A DNA stretch of 64,000 bases from Phycisphaerales bacterium (GCA_027451365.1 DAIDJN010000063.1:32001-96000), one strand, 5' to 3'. Counted from the first letter of the stretch, positions 19,925 through 29,927 are shown. Program-made: numbers and translations. The notes: a model not told the origin generated them from the letters alone.

Positions 19925-20758
19925 TCAACCTTCCCCGCCACGGTTGCGATACCCAAGAAGTTCTCGCGAATCAAGATCGTCGGGCGGAACGAGTCTGTAA
20001 TGTCTTTCTGAAAGCAGCCGAATCGATTTCGCTGGCCCATTATGTTGCTCTTCAAATAAAAACATTGCGATTAAACCATTTAGCGTAAATTGCGCTGCAA
20101 TCGGGTGGCATATTAACGAAGAAAACTTGTCGCGGCACATCGCGATATCTTGCTCAATCTGGACAATATTGATATAGTCCCGACCGCTTTTGGCCTGAAC
20201 GGGTAAAATATAATGAACTCCCCGTTTATCTACACCAATATAAACGTCATCTGTTTCCACCTGCCCGATTCCTGGTACCGTGGTTCGCAGATGACTTTGC
20301 AGCGATTGGCAAGTAAGTCCGGTAAAAATATCAACCAGACGGTTGTATCGTAACTTCGCCAGGAGGGCCTGTTCATCGGAAAGCGCGTACATGTCAATAA
20401 TGCCGGGCGTTGAATCAGGAATTTTTGTTTCCGCAAGGTTCGCATTTGGGGTAACCACCGATAGGCTCACGGCAACAAAGCGGTATCGCGATTTCCCGTT
20501 GGGGCGAATAATCCAGTGGCGGCCAGTCGGTGCCCGCTGCCGAATTGTCTTAGGCAGCTGGACCCGATAGCGGAATGTATAAATTAAATCGCCGAGGTTT
20601 TTCGGCAGACGAACACCCAATGATTTCGCGGCGCTCTCAATGTCGGTTCTGTGGAACTCAACCGTTTCGACGCCGGGCTTGAAACGCTCGAGGAAAATCC
20701 TTTCGATCAACTTCGTATACAGATTGGCCGCGGTCGAAACTTTGCGATTTTCAATCAT
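19925..20758 (-). CDS. Putative restriction endonuclease (PD-(D/E)XK-like)
   Basis: QVETDD...LPVQAK catalytic-like motif; start overlaps the methyltransferase stop (ATGA). Confidence 0.65.
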   Translation of the reverse strand: MIENRKVSTAANLYTKLIERIFLERFKPGVETVEFHRTDIESAAKSLGVRLPKNLGDLIYTFRYRVQLPKTIRQRAPTGRHWIIRPNGKSRYRFVAVSLSVVTPNANLAETKIPDSTPGIIDMYALSDEQALLAKLRYNRLVDIFTGLTCQSLQSHLRTTVPGIGQVETDDVYIGVDKRGVHYILPVQAKSGRDYINIVQIEQDIAMCRDKFSSLICHPIAAQFTLNGLIAMFLFEEQHNGPAKSIRLLSERHYRLVPPDDLDSRELLGYRNRGGEG

Positions 20759-22146
20759 CGGCTGGCACTCCCTTTTTTGCCAACTCCGGGCCATTCCAAC
20801 AGCACCACTTCCTCGCGAAGTTGCTCGCCCGTGGCGGTTGCCAACCGAGTGCGAAACAGGTCGATTCCCTTCACCCGGTATCCGCGTGATTCGGCGATAT
20901 CCGCGAGGATTTCACCAGTGCGAATCATGACGCGTAAGTAAGACGCCTGATCTCCAACCACATAGGCCAAGCGTGCACCGGGGCGGAGCCATGGCTTGAG
21001 ATTCTCAAAATGTCGCGCCATCCCGCCGAAATAGCTTCGCGCTACGGTTGCGTACATGCGCTCAAAGCCACTGGTTTTTCCCTGTTCGAGCCTTCGCTTT
21101 TCTATCTCCGCGGCGATCTTTTGAATTTCCCGATGGGACTCCACCCAATGGTGATCATCATCGCCGCAGTATACGTTGCGGGTATTGGACCGAACCAAAG
21201 ATTGTTTAAGTCGTCTTAGGTCAGCCTTGTCTTTGATAAAGCCGAGAATGACGGATTCCAGACGCGTGGTACGGGTATAATCCTTTTCGTTGGGATATGG
21301 CGGTGAAGTAATCACGGCGTCAATACCGCCCGGTTCGAGGCCGTCGGGGATCGCCCGGGCGTCGCCAGCCAGAACGCGACTGACGGCCGGCGGAATTTGC
21401 CGCAGCCCGTCCAGGTCAATCGCTATCGCCGCGACCCGTGTAAACCATTCCCGCACCACTGCGGCGTCCGCTTTGGGTTTTCCCACGCCCACCTCTGGTC
21501 CGAAATGCAGATTGCCTGTCGCTTCGACTAGGGCACGCGCCAGCGCCAGGCGGCAGTAGTCAACCAACGGAGCCGGGGCGAGCTTGTGTATTTTCTCCAG
21601 CAGCACCAGCGTTTTATGGAGCGGGATTGGACTGATGGAGGCACGAAGCAACAGTTTGAATTGTGGTTCGTCGAGTGTCAGAAGCGTCGAGTGCCGCTTC
21701 ACGCGCCGGGCAACGTCAAACAGCGGCGCCTCGGCGTCATCGGGATACCCCTGTGCGGCCAAATCGGTGTTGGTCGATTCCGCGATCTTCTGCGCCAAGG
21801 CAAGCAGTTGCCGCCCGGAAACGCCCCATTGCGTCTTGACGGCCGATGCAAAATGAGCCATCGGATTGGCCTCTATTCCAAGGCTGCCGATACTTAACTT
21901 CTTGCACTCCACCAGTGTCGTACCGGTGCCGCAGAAAGGGTCAAGCACGATCTGTCCCACTCCAACGTTGAACCGTTCAAGATACTGGCGGACCAGGTGC
22001 GGCGGATATGAGAGGACAAACCGATACCATTCGTGTCCGGCGCGATCTGAAGGCAATAATCGGTTTGAGGCAACGCAGGCCCGCACCTTCCGTGGGCGTT
22101 CAACTATTGCTCGGTCAGATTCAAACATCATCACTTCCAGTCGCAT
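20755..22146 (-). CDS. Amino-DNA methyltransferase, probably N4-cytosine (motif I before motif IV)
   Basis: VLDPFCGTGTT (motif I) and ITSPPY (motif IV). Confidence 0.88.
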   Translation of the reverse strand: MRLEVMMFESDRAIVERPRKVRACVASNRLLPSDRAGHEWYRFVLSYPPHLVRQYLERFNVGVGQIVLDPFCGTGTTLVECKKLSIGSLGIEANPMAHFASAVKTQWGVSGRQLLALAQKIAESTNTDLAAQGYPDDAEAPLFDVARRVKRHSTLLTLDEPQFKLLLRASISPIPLHKTLVLLEKIHKLAPAPLVDYCRLALARALVEATGNLHFGPEVGVGKPKADAAVVREWFTRVAAIAIDLDGLRQIPPAVSRVLAGDARAIPDGLEPGGIDAVITSPPYPNEKDYTRTTRLESVILGFIKDKADLRRLKQSLVRSNTRNVYCGDDDHHWVESHREIQKIAAEIEKRRLEQGKTSGFERMYATVARSYFGGMARHFENLKPWLRPGARLAYVVGDQASYLRVMIRTGEILADIAESRGYRVKGIDLFRTRLATATGEQLREEVVLLEWPGVGKKGSASR

Positions 22147-22479
22147 CCGAAATATATGAATTCCGATGATATACCGGCTCGCTTGAGATTCAAAACAGGT
22201 TGCAAAGAATTATCAGTTCATAACAGTATGCGCACTGACTGCAATTGTGTTCGGCTAAACCTTAAACCAGTTTGGACTTCAGTGGGCCACCAAGCCCAAA
22301 ACGTCGGCAAATGGAAGTCAATACCTGGACTCAGCGGGCCGTTGATATCTGCGGCCTGCGCCCATTTGCGCGATTTGGAACGCCCGCTTGAATGAATCCG
22401 GTCCATGGCGGATAATTCCACTTGCCCGTATCGGGAATTGGATGTCGCAACGGAACGCGGACAGGAGACGGCCTGCGCC

Positions 22480-23238
22480 ATGCTGAGTAACTTATTTCTC
22501 ATCTGCGCAGTGGTCGGAGGCACCGTATTTGTGTGCCAATTCGTTTTAAGTCTGTTTTCACTGGGCGGACATCTTCCGGGCAGTCACGCCACGCATTTGC
22601 CGACCGGCCACGCCACGCATCTGCCGGGCGGCCACGTGCATACCATGCCCGCAGACCATTCCTTGCGCGGCACGCTGCAGAATGCCCATGCCGCCATTCC
22701 GCACGGTGGGTCTCCCGTCAAAGACGGCCCGCCGGGCTGGATGGGCGGTCTGATGCGCCACGCTCTGGGCCTGCGTCATGCCACCGGCGGAGCCGGTGAA
22801 ACCTGGCTGGCCGGCATGGTCAGTTTTCAGGGAATTGTGGCGGCGGTTACCGCATTTGGGCTGGCGGGAATGGCCGCACTTTCCATGGGCTGGTGGACTG
22901 GACTGGTGCTGCTGGCCGCGGCGGTCGCCGGCGCCGGCTGCAGTGCCCTGACCGCCGGCATGCTGCAATGGCTGATGCGCCAGCAGGACGACGGCACCGT
23001 ACAAACAGCCGACTGCGTCGGTGCCACGGGAACCGTGTATCTTTCTGTGCCGGCCACCAATGCCGGAATGGGCAAAGTGCTGATTCATGTGCAAGGCCGT
23101 ACAATGGAATACGCGGCGATTACCTGGGTGGACCGGGAACTGGCTGCCGGTGAAGAAATTATTGTCGTTGGCGTACATGCAGCGGGCGTGCTGGAAATAG
23201 CCCCGGCGGCAAATGTACCGATTCGAGTAGAACTTTAA
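22480..23238 (+). CDS. NfeD-like membrane protein with a His-rich loop
   Basis: Hydrophobic helices; C-terminal GATGTVYLSVPA...GKVLIHVQGRTMEYAA OB-like domain; upstream of flotillin. Confidence 0.75.
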   Translation: MLSNLFLICAVVGGTVFVCQFVLSLFSLGGHLPGSHATHLPTGHATHLPGGHVHTMPADHSLRGTLQNAHAAIPHGGSPVKDGPPGWMGGLMRHALGLRHATGGAGETWLAGMVSFQGIVAAVTAFGLAGMAALSMGWWTGLVLLAAAVAGAGCSALTAGMLQWLMRQQDDGTVQTADCVGATGTVYLSVPATNAGMGKVLIHVQGRTMEYAAITWVDRELAAGEEIIVVGVHAAGVLEIAPAANVPIRVEL

Positions 23239-23253
23239 GAGAGGTATTGCACC

Positions 23254-24996
23254 ATGTCTGTTCCAATCTGCATCCTGGCGATGGCGAATTTTCCAACGGA
23301 ATGGCTGGTACTGCTGGCGGCGTTTGTGGCCGCGATTTTCCTTCTTTTTGTCATTATGGCGTTAAGCCGCTTCAAGCGGTGCCCGAGTAATCGGATACTG
23401 GTGATTTACGGCAAGGTGGGAAGCGGCAATACCGCCCGGTGCGTGCATGGCGGCGCGGCGTTTGTGCTGCCGCTGATTCAGGATTATTCATTTCTGAATC
23501 TTGAGCCGTTGCAGATTGAAATACCACTGGCCGGCGCATTGTCCATAGAAAATATCCGCGTGAATGTACCCAGCGTGTTCACGGTGGCCATCGGCACGCA
23601 GCCGGAATTAATGCAGAATGCGGCCATCCGCCTGCTGGGGCTGGATATGAAACGAATTCAGGAACGGGTGGAACATATTATTTTCGGTCAGCTTCGCGAA
23701 GTGGTCGCATCCATGCGGATTGAAGACATCACACGCCACCGCGAGCAGTTTCTCAAAAATATTCAACTGTCCCTGGAACCGGAATTGAACAAACTCGGTC
23801 TGGTGCTGTTAAATGTAAACATTACCGATATTACCGATGAATCGGGCTATATTGTGGCCATCGGAAAAAAGGCGGCTTCCCAGGCCGTGCAGCAGGCGCT
23901 GGTGGATGTTTCACAGCAGGAAAAGCTTGGCGCCGGCGGCGTGGCCGATGCCGAACGCGAACGCGCTATTCAGGTGGCCAACGCACAGAAACTTAAGGAA
24001 ATCGGCCTGCATGAAGCCCAGAAGGACCAGGCTGTGCGCATTGCCGAACTGGAAAGAGACCAGAAACTTGGTGAACAGCAGACCTTGCGCGACCAGGCCG
24101 TGCGTATGGCCGAATTAAACAAGGAACAGAAAATCGCGGAGCAGGCGGCAAGTTTTGAACGCGATTCAAAAATTAAGGAAGCCGAACAGGTCATGCGTAT
24201 TTCCGTGGCCGAAGCCAACGCCAAGGCCATCGCGGGCGAAAGTCTGGCACAGGGGGATGTCGCCCTGGCACAATCGCAATTACAGGTAAAACAGGCTGAA
24301 GCGTTCCGGCTTTCAGAAACAAAAAAACGCGAAGCAGACGCCGCGGTGCAGGAAGCCCAGAATCTGGCCATGGCCAAGGCCGCACTGGCCAACGCCCAGC
24401 GCGTGGAAGCTGAACGCCGCGCCGCCGTCGAAGCTCCCGCCAAAGCCGAAAAGGCCAGAATTCTGGTTGAAGCCCAGGCCGCGGCGGAAAAACGCCGCAT
24501 GGAAGCGGAAGCCGAAGCCAACGCGTTATTCGTGCGGCTGGAAGCCGAAGCCAAGGGCCAGTACGAAATTCTGGCCAAAAAGGCGGAGGGTCTTAAACAG
24601 ATCATCGAATCCTGCGGCAGCGCCGATAAGGCGTTCCAGATGCTGATGCTCGAACATATGGACAAACTTGCCGAAACGGCCGCGACCGCCATTTCCAACA
24701 TCAAATTCGACAAAGTGGTGGTATGGGAAGGCGGAAGAAACTCGGAAAACGGCACGGCTTCGGCAAATTTCCTCCAGGGCATGGCCCGCAGCATGCCGCC
24801 GATGCTGCAGGTGCTTCGCGATATCGGCGGCGTGGAATTACCCGCCTTCCTGGGCCGATCGTCAGACTCGCCCCGCCCGGCCGGACGCGATCCGGAATCC
24901 GCGGCCAGCGAAAACGGCAGCCATGCGGACACCCATGCCGGTGAGCCGGTTGCGGTTAAACCATCGGACGCGGAACCTTCCACCCCAGTCACATAA
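23254..24996 (+). CDS. SPFH/flotillin family protein
   Basis: N-terminal TM, RCPSNRILVIYG, LNVNITDITDESGYI, long Ala/Glu coiled coil, AISNIKFDKVVVW. Confidence 0.92.
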   Translation: MSVPICILAMANFPTEWLVLLAAFVAAIFLLFVIMALSRFKRCPSNRILVIYGKVGSGNTARCVHGGAAFVLPLIQDYSFLNLEPLQIEIPLAGALSIENIRVNVPSVFTVAIGTQPELMQNAAIRLLGLDMKRIQERVEHIIFGQLREVVASMRIEDITRHREQFLKNIQLSLEPELNKLGLVLLNVNITDITDESGYIVAIGKKAASQAVQQALVDVSQQEKLGAGGVADAERERAIQVANAQKLKEIGLHEAQKDQAVRIAELERDQKLGEQQTLRDQAVRMAELNKEQKIAEQAASFERDSKIKEAEQVMRISVAEANAKAIAGESLAQGDVALAQSQLQVKQAEAFRLSETKKREADAAVQEAQNLAMAKAALANAQRVEAERRAAVEAPAKAEKARILVEAQAAAEKRRMEAEAEANALFVRLEAEAKGQYEILAKKAEGLKQIIESCGSADKAFQMLMLEHMDKLAETAATAISNIKFDKVVVWEGGRNSENGTASANFLQGMARSMPPMLQVLRDIGGVELPAFLGRSSDSPRPAGRDPESAASENGSHADTHAGEPVAVKPSDAEPSTPVT

Positions 24997-25011
24997 TATA
25001 AGGATATTGAT

Positions 25012-25698
25012 ATGCTTAAACGTATTGGCAATCTGTTCAGAGGCATGGTCGGATCTTCCGTATCGGCCGTGGAACGTCGAAATCCGGAAATGCTGCTGGA
25101 AGTGGAAAAGGAGAATCTGCGTACCCAGATCGGCAAATTCAACCGCGGTCTGGCGGCGCATGCCGGGCTTTGCGAACGGTTGATGGCGCGGGTCAAGGCA
25201 CTGGAATCTGACCAGCAGGACATGACCGAACGCACGCGGGCACATCTGGCGGCGGGGAACCGCGATGCCGCCGCGCAATACGCCCTGCGGCTGAAGACCA
25301 CCACCAAAGACCTGGATGAAAACCGCCGCCAGCTCTCCGCGGCGGAGGAAACCTATTCCACCCTTATCAAACAGCGTGACGTGGTTGTGGATGCCGCCCG
25401 GCAGAAAATTGAGGCCTTGCGTCAGTCCATTGACGAATTGAAGGTAAAAAAAGCCATGGCGGAAATGACTGAAATGGCCTCCGGCATGGTGACCGGTATC
25501 GGTGGCGGAGATACGCTGGCCCGATTGCGCGAAATGGTCGACTCGGAAAAGGCCAACGCCGCGGGAAGAATCCGCGTCGCCAAAGATTCCATGAGCCTGA
25601 CCGATCTGGATATTAAAGAGCGCGAACAAAAAGCGCTGGCCGATCAGGCGCTGGCGGAATTTGAAGGCAAGCCGCAATTGCCTTCCGGCGAAAGCTGA
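25012..25698 (+). CDS. PspA/IM30 (ESCRT-III-like) family protein
   Basis: Amphipathic N-terminus MLKRIGNLFRG, ERRNPEMLLE, AGNRDAAAQYA, coiled coil, ~228 aa. Confidence 0.85.
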   Translation: MLKRIGNLFRGMVGSSVSAVERRNPEMLLEVEKENLRTQIGKFNRGLAAHAGLCERLMARVKALESDQQDMTERTRAHLAAGNRDAAAQYALRLKTTTKDLDENRRQLSAAEETYSTLIKQRDVVVDAARQKIEALRQSIDELKVKKAMAEMTEMASGMVTGIGGGDTLARLREMVDSEKANAAGRIRVAKDSMSLTDLDIKEREQKALADQALAEFEGKPQLPSGES

Positions 25699-25763
25699 AA
25701 AAGGCCGCAATAGACTTTAGCCCCCCCGCTTTCGGGCGGTGCATTTTTAACCACAAACTGCCT

Positions 25764-25800
25764 CCTGTTTTGCCTGGTTGCAAAACAGGCTGAATTTTTT
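25764..25800 (+). terminator. Probable terminator hairpin between convergent genes
   Basis: CCTGTTTTGC-N6-GCAAAACAGG, with a T-run a few nt downstream. Confidence 0.45.
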
Positions 25801-25921
25801 CAGGAAACAAGGTCACCGGAACACAGGACACAAAGTGAATTGTGATTTGGGCAAGCCGCGCCACATGACCCCGCAATTGCTTTCCACCCGCAATGCTTGG
25901 ACCGGGCGACCGAGCCGCAAT

Positions 25922-26323
25922 TCAGCGCGAATTGCCGGTTTTGCCCGGGCCGCGATAAATGCAGCGACTGGTACAGGTTTCCTGAACCACAATCTGTGAA
26001 AGGCCGGGCAGGCCCGGGGCCAGATGTTCCCATATCCAAACGGCCAGATTCTCGCTGGTTGGATTTTCCAATCCGGGAATATCATTCAGATACTGGTGGT
26101 CCAGAATGTCATGCAGCGGTGCGAATGCTTTTTGCAAGTCCGCAAAATCCAGAAGCCAGCCGGTTTCCGGCGGTACCGGACCGTGGACGCAGACTTCTAT
26201 GCGAAACGAATGACCATGCAGACGGGCGCATTTATGGCCCGCCGGAACCTTTGGCAGGCGGTGGGCGGCTTCAAAACGAAACTCGCGAACCAGGGAGACT
26301 TCAAATGCGGGGGAATTTTTCAT
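25922..26323 (-). CDS. queD: 6-carboxytetrahydropterin synthase
   Basis: [32 protein letters not shown]. Confidence 0.93.
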   Translation of the reverse strand: MKNSPAFEVSLVREFRFEAAHRLPKVPAGHKCARLHGHSFRIEVCVHGPVPPETGWLLDFADLQKAFAPLHDILDHQYLNDIPGLENPTSENLAVWIWEHLAPGLPGLSQIVVQETCTSRCIYRGPGKTGNSR

Positions 26324-26425
26324 GGCCGGATTTTAACCGAATCCGTGCCAACCGCGTAGCGGACTCAAGACGGCGGCCATGCCCGAATTTCACAATCGGT
26401 AAACAGGGTGCCCCAAGACTCCTGT

Positions 26426-27115
26426 CTATTTACGCCAGTGGTAATTTTCCAGCAGCGCCCAGAGTTTGTTGATCGAATCGGTGTTTACCGCAATAGCATT
26501 GCGCAAATAACGCGAAAGTCCAGGGCCGGCGCGGGCGGCCTTGGCTTCTTTTTCGGCGGCTTTATCCAGGGCCAGTTGCCAGGAATAATCCATGTACATC
26601 ATCACCAGATATCGCTTCTGGAAATCGGCGGAATTGCTGTGCAGAAGCAGGCCGCCCTCATCATCGGCAATAATTCCCTGAGCCTTGCCGAACAGCGCCG
26701 GCCGCCGACGATAGGTCAGACTGACCGCGTGACGGCCTGCCCAGGATTTTAATTCCGCCAGCAATTTTCCCTGAGTTTTGGACATATAGCTGTTGAAGGC
26801 CTTCACGGGCACGGTAAGACCTTTGAAGTCCGCCAGAAAGGCCAACTGTGTTTTGTCCTTGTGGGCTTTGGCCAGCGATGGCAGCAAAGCATATATGCGA
26901 TACATTGCGGCGTTCGGGGCAGCCTGTTTCAGCGGTATGGTCGGTGGCGACACGCTGGCACATCCGGTCAGGGCGGCCGCCAGCAATAGGATCAGCAGGC
27001 AGCGAAATACCGCGACCGCCGGTGAAAAGGCCATCGCAGCAGGAACCGCTTTGGATAATGATGGTTCAGCAGGCCCGCCGCGCGTGCGGATAAACAGGCA
27101 ATATTTTGGCGGCAT
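26426..27115 (-). CDS. Hypothetical Lys/Ala-rich lipoprotein; start uncertain
   Basis: Hydrophobic stretch ending in the lipobox LTGC. Confidence 0.6.
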   Translation of the reverse strand: MPPKYCLFIRTRGGPAEPSLSKAVPAAMAFSPAVAVFRCLLILLLAAALTGCASVSPPTIPLKQAAPNAAMYRIYALLPSLAKAHKDKTQLAFLADFKGLTVPVKAFNSYMSKTQGKLLAELKSWAGRHAVSLTYRRRPALFGKAQGIIADDEGGLLLHSNSADFQKRYLVMMYMDYSWQLALDKAAEKEAKAARAGPGLSRYLRNAIAVNTDSINKLWALLENYHWRK

Positions 27116-27143
27116 GGTGGTAACTCCCGGCTTTGGCTGCGGT

Positions 27144-27653
27144 TCAGGCCGGGGCAGCGGATTTTTTCCCGGACAGCAATCTGCCAAGTGTGATATTTCC
27201 CGGCCCCAGCAGCAACATGGCAATGGTAATGACTAACAGCGAAAAGGGGAATTGCGCCGCGAAAATAACCGCAGTAGGATGCCCCGGATTTTTTGCGTGT
27301 GCGGCGATCGCCTTGGCCACGGCGGCATTGTGGGCAATCGCCCCGTGCGCTGAGACAAAGGTTGCGACCAGCATATTAAAAGCCAGCGGTATGGCAAACA
27401 GCCGCTGGCCGGTACCGATCAGAAAAAACAGCCCGCCAAAAAATTCAGCGCAGGCGCTAAGTGTGGCGCTGACATAGGGCATCGGCGCGTGCATCATGGT
27501 AAGGAACGCCGCGAAACCGGCAATACCAGGCCCGCCAAAGGCGCCGAAAAGCTTCTGTGAACCGTAGTACAGGAAAATTGCCGCAAAAAGAAGGCGAATC
27601 AGAAGCAATGCAATGTCCTGAATCGGGGTGGTGGATCGGGTGCTGTTGACCAT
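27144..27653 (-). CDS. DoxX family membrane protein
   Basis: LLIRL...YGSQKLFG, AEFFGG...GPGNITL; RBS GAGGAG upstream. Confidence 0.88.
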   Translation of the reverse strand: MVNSTRSTTPIQDIALLLIRLLFAAIFLYYGSQKLFGAFGGPGIAGFAAFLTMMHAPMPYVSATLSACAEFFGGLFFLIGTGQRLFAIPLAFNMLVATFVSAHGAIAHNAAVAKAIAAHAKNPGHPTAVIFAAQFPFSLLVITIAMLLLGPGNITLGRLLSGKKSAAPA

Positions 27654-27931
27654 GACGAGTCTCCTCAAACAAGTTTAATACTAAACTATAATTTAATGAT
27701 ACTACCGGTTCAGTCCATGTGTCAAGCGGTTATTCACTGGATTTCCATGTGGGTCATAACGCGATATGCGGTTAAAGCTTGTTATAGAATTCAACGAACG
27801 GGGAATTATTGGCCTATAAAATTAGCCTCCGCGGCGACAAGCGGCGCGGAATGGCTGGCGATACGGAGGAATTGGGCGTTTTGTTAAAATTATATTAAAA
27901 TGAAAAAATAAACTATTTTTGCAAAAAATGT

Positions 27932-27960
27932 TTGACTTAAGGGTTACGCACGGGGATAAT
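27932..27960 (+). promoter_or_regulatory. Sigma70-type promoter
   Basis: TTGACT, 17-nt spacer, GATAAT, with an A/T-rich region upstream. Confidence 0.55.
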
Positions 27961-28042
27961 CCGACCACTGCCAACTGGCGAAGCTTTGTTGCCCGCCAGA
28001 TTATTATCGGCAGAAAGGCATCCTTTTCAGGAGTACCATCTA

Positions 28043-28810
28043 ATGGTTCGTTTGAAGAATGGAGTCTCCAAATTGCTGCTACCGGCTGCCGCGGCCGCCG
28101 GTCTGCTGCTCGCGGGCGTTGGAAACGCCGGGGCAGCACCCGTCATTGAATACAGCCTTAATGGCGGGGCCAGTTTTTCCACCATCAGCCCGAGTACAGG
28201 CAGCCAGACCGTTGGCGCATATACGATCACGGGCCTAAGTGTCACCGCGACACAAAGCCTAACCAGTTCGGTGCTGGATTTATCTTTCAGTTCGCTGACA
28301 TCTACCGCGACCAACCAATCGCTGCTTCTGGAAGCTTCCGATACCGGGTTCACTTATGATCCGGCCACGGCATATCTGAATTCCGCGGCTTCAACATCGG
28401 TGAACGAATCGGCCGGATCTTCCGGCGGCGATACGATCAGCATGTCGGCCGGTTCAGATTCCGCAAATGCGACCTACGTCTTTAGCACTTCGGCTTCGCC
28501 ATCGCCGAACAGCTATTCCTCGCCAAGCTCCCAAAGTGGCGGGACCTATACCCCCACTTTCACCACGGGGCAAACCGCGACTACGAACATTAATTCAACG
28601 GGATATTCGCTTTCGACGTCGATCTCCGCGGCCATTCTTGGCAGCGTCGGTTTTAATGCATACGACTCGTTTGGTCCGACAACTTCAACGGCCTTTATCA
28701 CCACACCCGCAGGCCCGGCTCTGGCGATTCCGGCCACCGGCTGGCTTTCGCTGGTTGGCGGATCGGCGATGTTTGGCGGCCTGGCGATTCGCCGCCGCAT
28801 GAAATCCTGA
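28043..28810 (+). CDS. Secreted Ser/Thr-rich surface protein with a PEP-CTERM/VPLPA-like C-terminal sorting signal
   Basis: Signal peptide ending NAGA; C-terminal IPATGWL + TM helix + RRRMKS; RBS AGGAG. Confidence 0.75.
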   Translation: MVRLKNGVSKLLLPAAAAAGLLLAGVGNAGAAPVIEYSLNGGASFSTISPSTGSQTVGAYTITGLSVTATQSLTSSVLDLSFSSLTSTATNQSLLLEASDTGFTYDPATAYLNSAASTSVNESAGSSGGDTISMSAGSDSANATYVFSTSASPSPNSYSSPSSQSGGTYTPTFTTGQTATTNINSTGYSLSTSISAAILGSVGFNAYDSFGPTTSTAFITTPAGPALAIPATGWLSLVGGSAMFGGLAIRRRMKS

Positions 28811-28841
28811 CCCACCTGCTGTTTATAATTAACTTTCCATT

Positions 28842-28879
28842 GCGGGATGGCCGATCATTGGCCACCCCGCTTTTTTTTT
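28842..28879 (+). terminator. Intrinsic terminator
   Basis: GCGGGATGGCC-N7-GGCCACCCCGC followed by T9. Confidence 0.8.
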
Positions 28880-29053
28880 GCGATTTCACATCAATCAGCC
28901 ACCGGAATACTTTATCGCAATTTTGGCTTTTTCGCGGGAAGCCGGGCCGCCTGAATGCCACCGCAAAACCGATTCGCATTCAGCACTACCCGCGGCTGCC
29001 GCCATCATCTGCTCCGTGCTGACGTTTCCCGGCCGGGGCGGTATAACTTGGCC

Positions 29054-29488
29054 ATGGCAATCTTCGGACATGGCATAGACATGGTGGAAATTGACCGCAT
29101 CGACGGGCTGTTGGCCCGCCATGGCGACCATTTTCTGACACGCTGCTTTACACCAGCGGAACGCACCTATTGTGCCGCCAGACACACACCGGCCATGCAC
29201 TTTGCCGCGCGCTTTTGTGTGAAAGAAGCGCTGGTAAAGGCGCTGGGAACAGGCTTTCGTGGCACAATGGCCTGGACGGACATAAGTGTGGAAAGCGACC
29301 CACTGGGCAAGCCACGCGTGCGGTTAAGCGGGGCCACGGCGGACATTGCCGCCGCACGCGGCATTACATATTGGCATATTTCAATATCTCATACCAGACA
29401 GCATGCCATCGCCAGCGTCATTGCCGAATCAGCCGCGGTCGCCACCGGGACGGTATTGCGCAAAACAGACACTCAGCCTCAATATTGA
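29054..29488 (+). CDS. acpS: Holo-ACP synthase
   Basis: GHGIDMVEIDRI, AARFCVKEALVKALGTG, ISISHT. Confidence 0.94.
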   Translation: MAIFGHGIDMVEIDRIDGLLARHGDHFLTRCFTPAERTYCAARHTPAMHFAARFCVKEALVKALGTGFRGTMAWTDISVESDPLGKPRVRLSGATADIAAARGITYWHISISHTRQHAIASVIAESAAVATGTVLRKTDTQPQY

Positions 29489-29537
29489 AAAAAAACAAAC
29501 CGCCCCGCCGGCCGACGGATGATTCTCTGGGGCTGTT

Positions 29538-29927
29538 TCAGACCGTGGCCGTGGTGGCGGCGCGGAATTCCGCCCAATCTGCGTTGTCCCAGCCGACATG
29601 GCTGCCGATGGGAAACTCTGTCGCCGGCTGGTTTTCAGGCAACTTGACGGTGACTTCATAACCGGTCTGCACGCGCAATTCATTGCGATGCACATTCTGT
29701 TCCAGCACCATGCCCTGCATGCGCCGGGGGCGGCCGAACAAAGGTTCCACATAATTTCCACCCAGACTGACCATTTCCGCTTTACGCGCATAGGCGTAAA
29801 CTTCACCCACCACGCGGCTGCCAATCTGGGGCGGTTCGCCGACAAATTTGAAGGTGTTGCAATAATTGGCATTGAGCATTTTAAGGGTCACCAGGCCATC
29901 CTGGGTTGCGTCCACAATAAATTTCAT
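29538..29927 (-). CDS. Hypothetical beta-rich protein
   Basis: Compact ORF with protein-like composition (GGNYVEPLFGRPRRMQG); family not recognised. Confidence 0.65.
   Translation of the reverse strand: MKFIVDATQDGLVTLKMLNANYCNTFKFVGEPPQIGSRVVGEVYAYARKAEMVSLGGNYVEPLFGRPRRMQGMVLEQNVHRNELRVQTGYEVTVKLPENQPATEFPIGSHVGWDNADWAEFRAATTATV

Noticed and set aside
23970..25307. 445-aa minus-strand ORF, and similar long antisense ORFs such as 10533..11699 and 50817..51710
   Set aside because: Antisense to well-supported genes in GC-rich DNA; no recognisable motifs.
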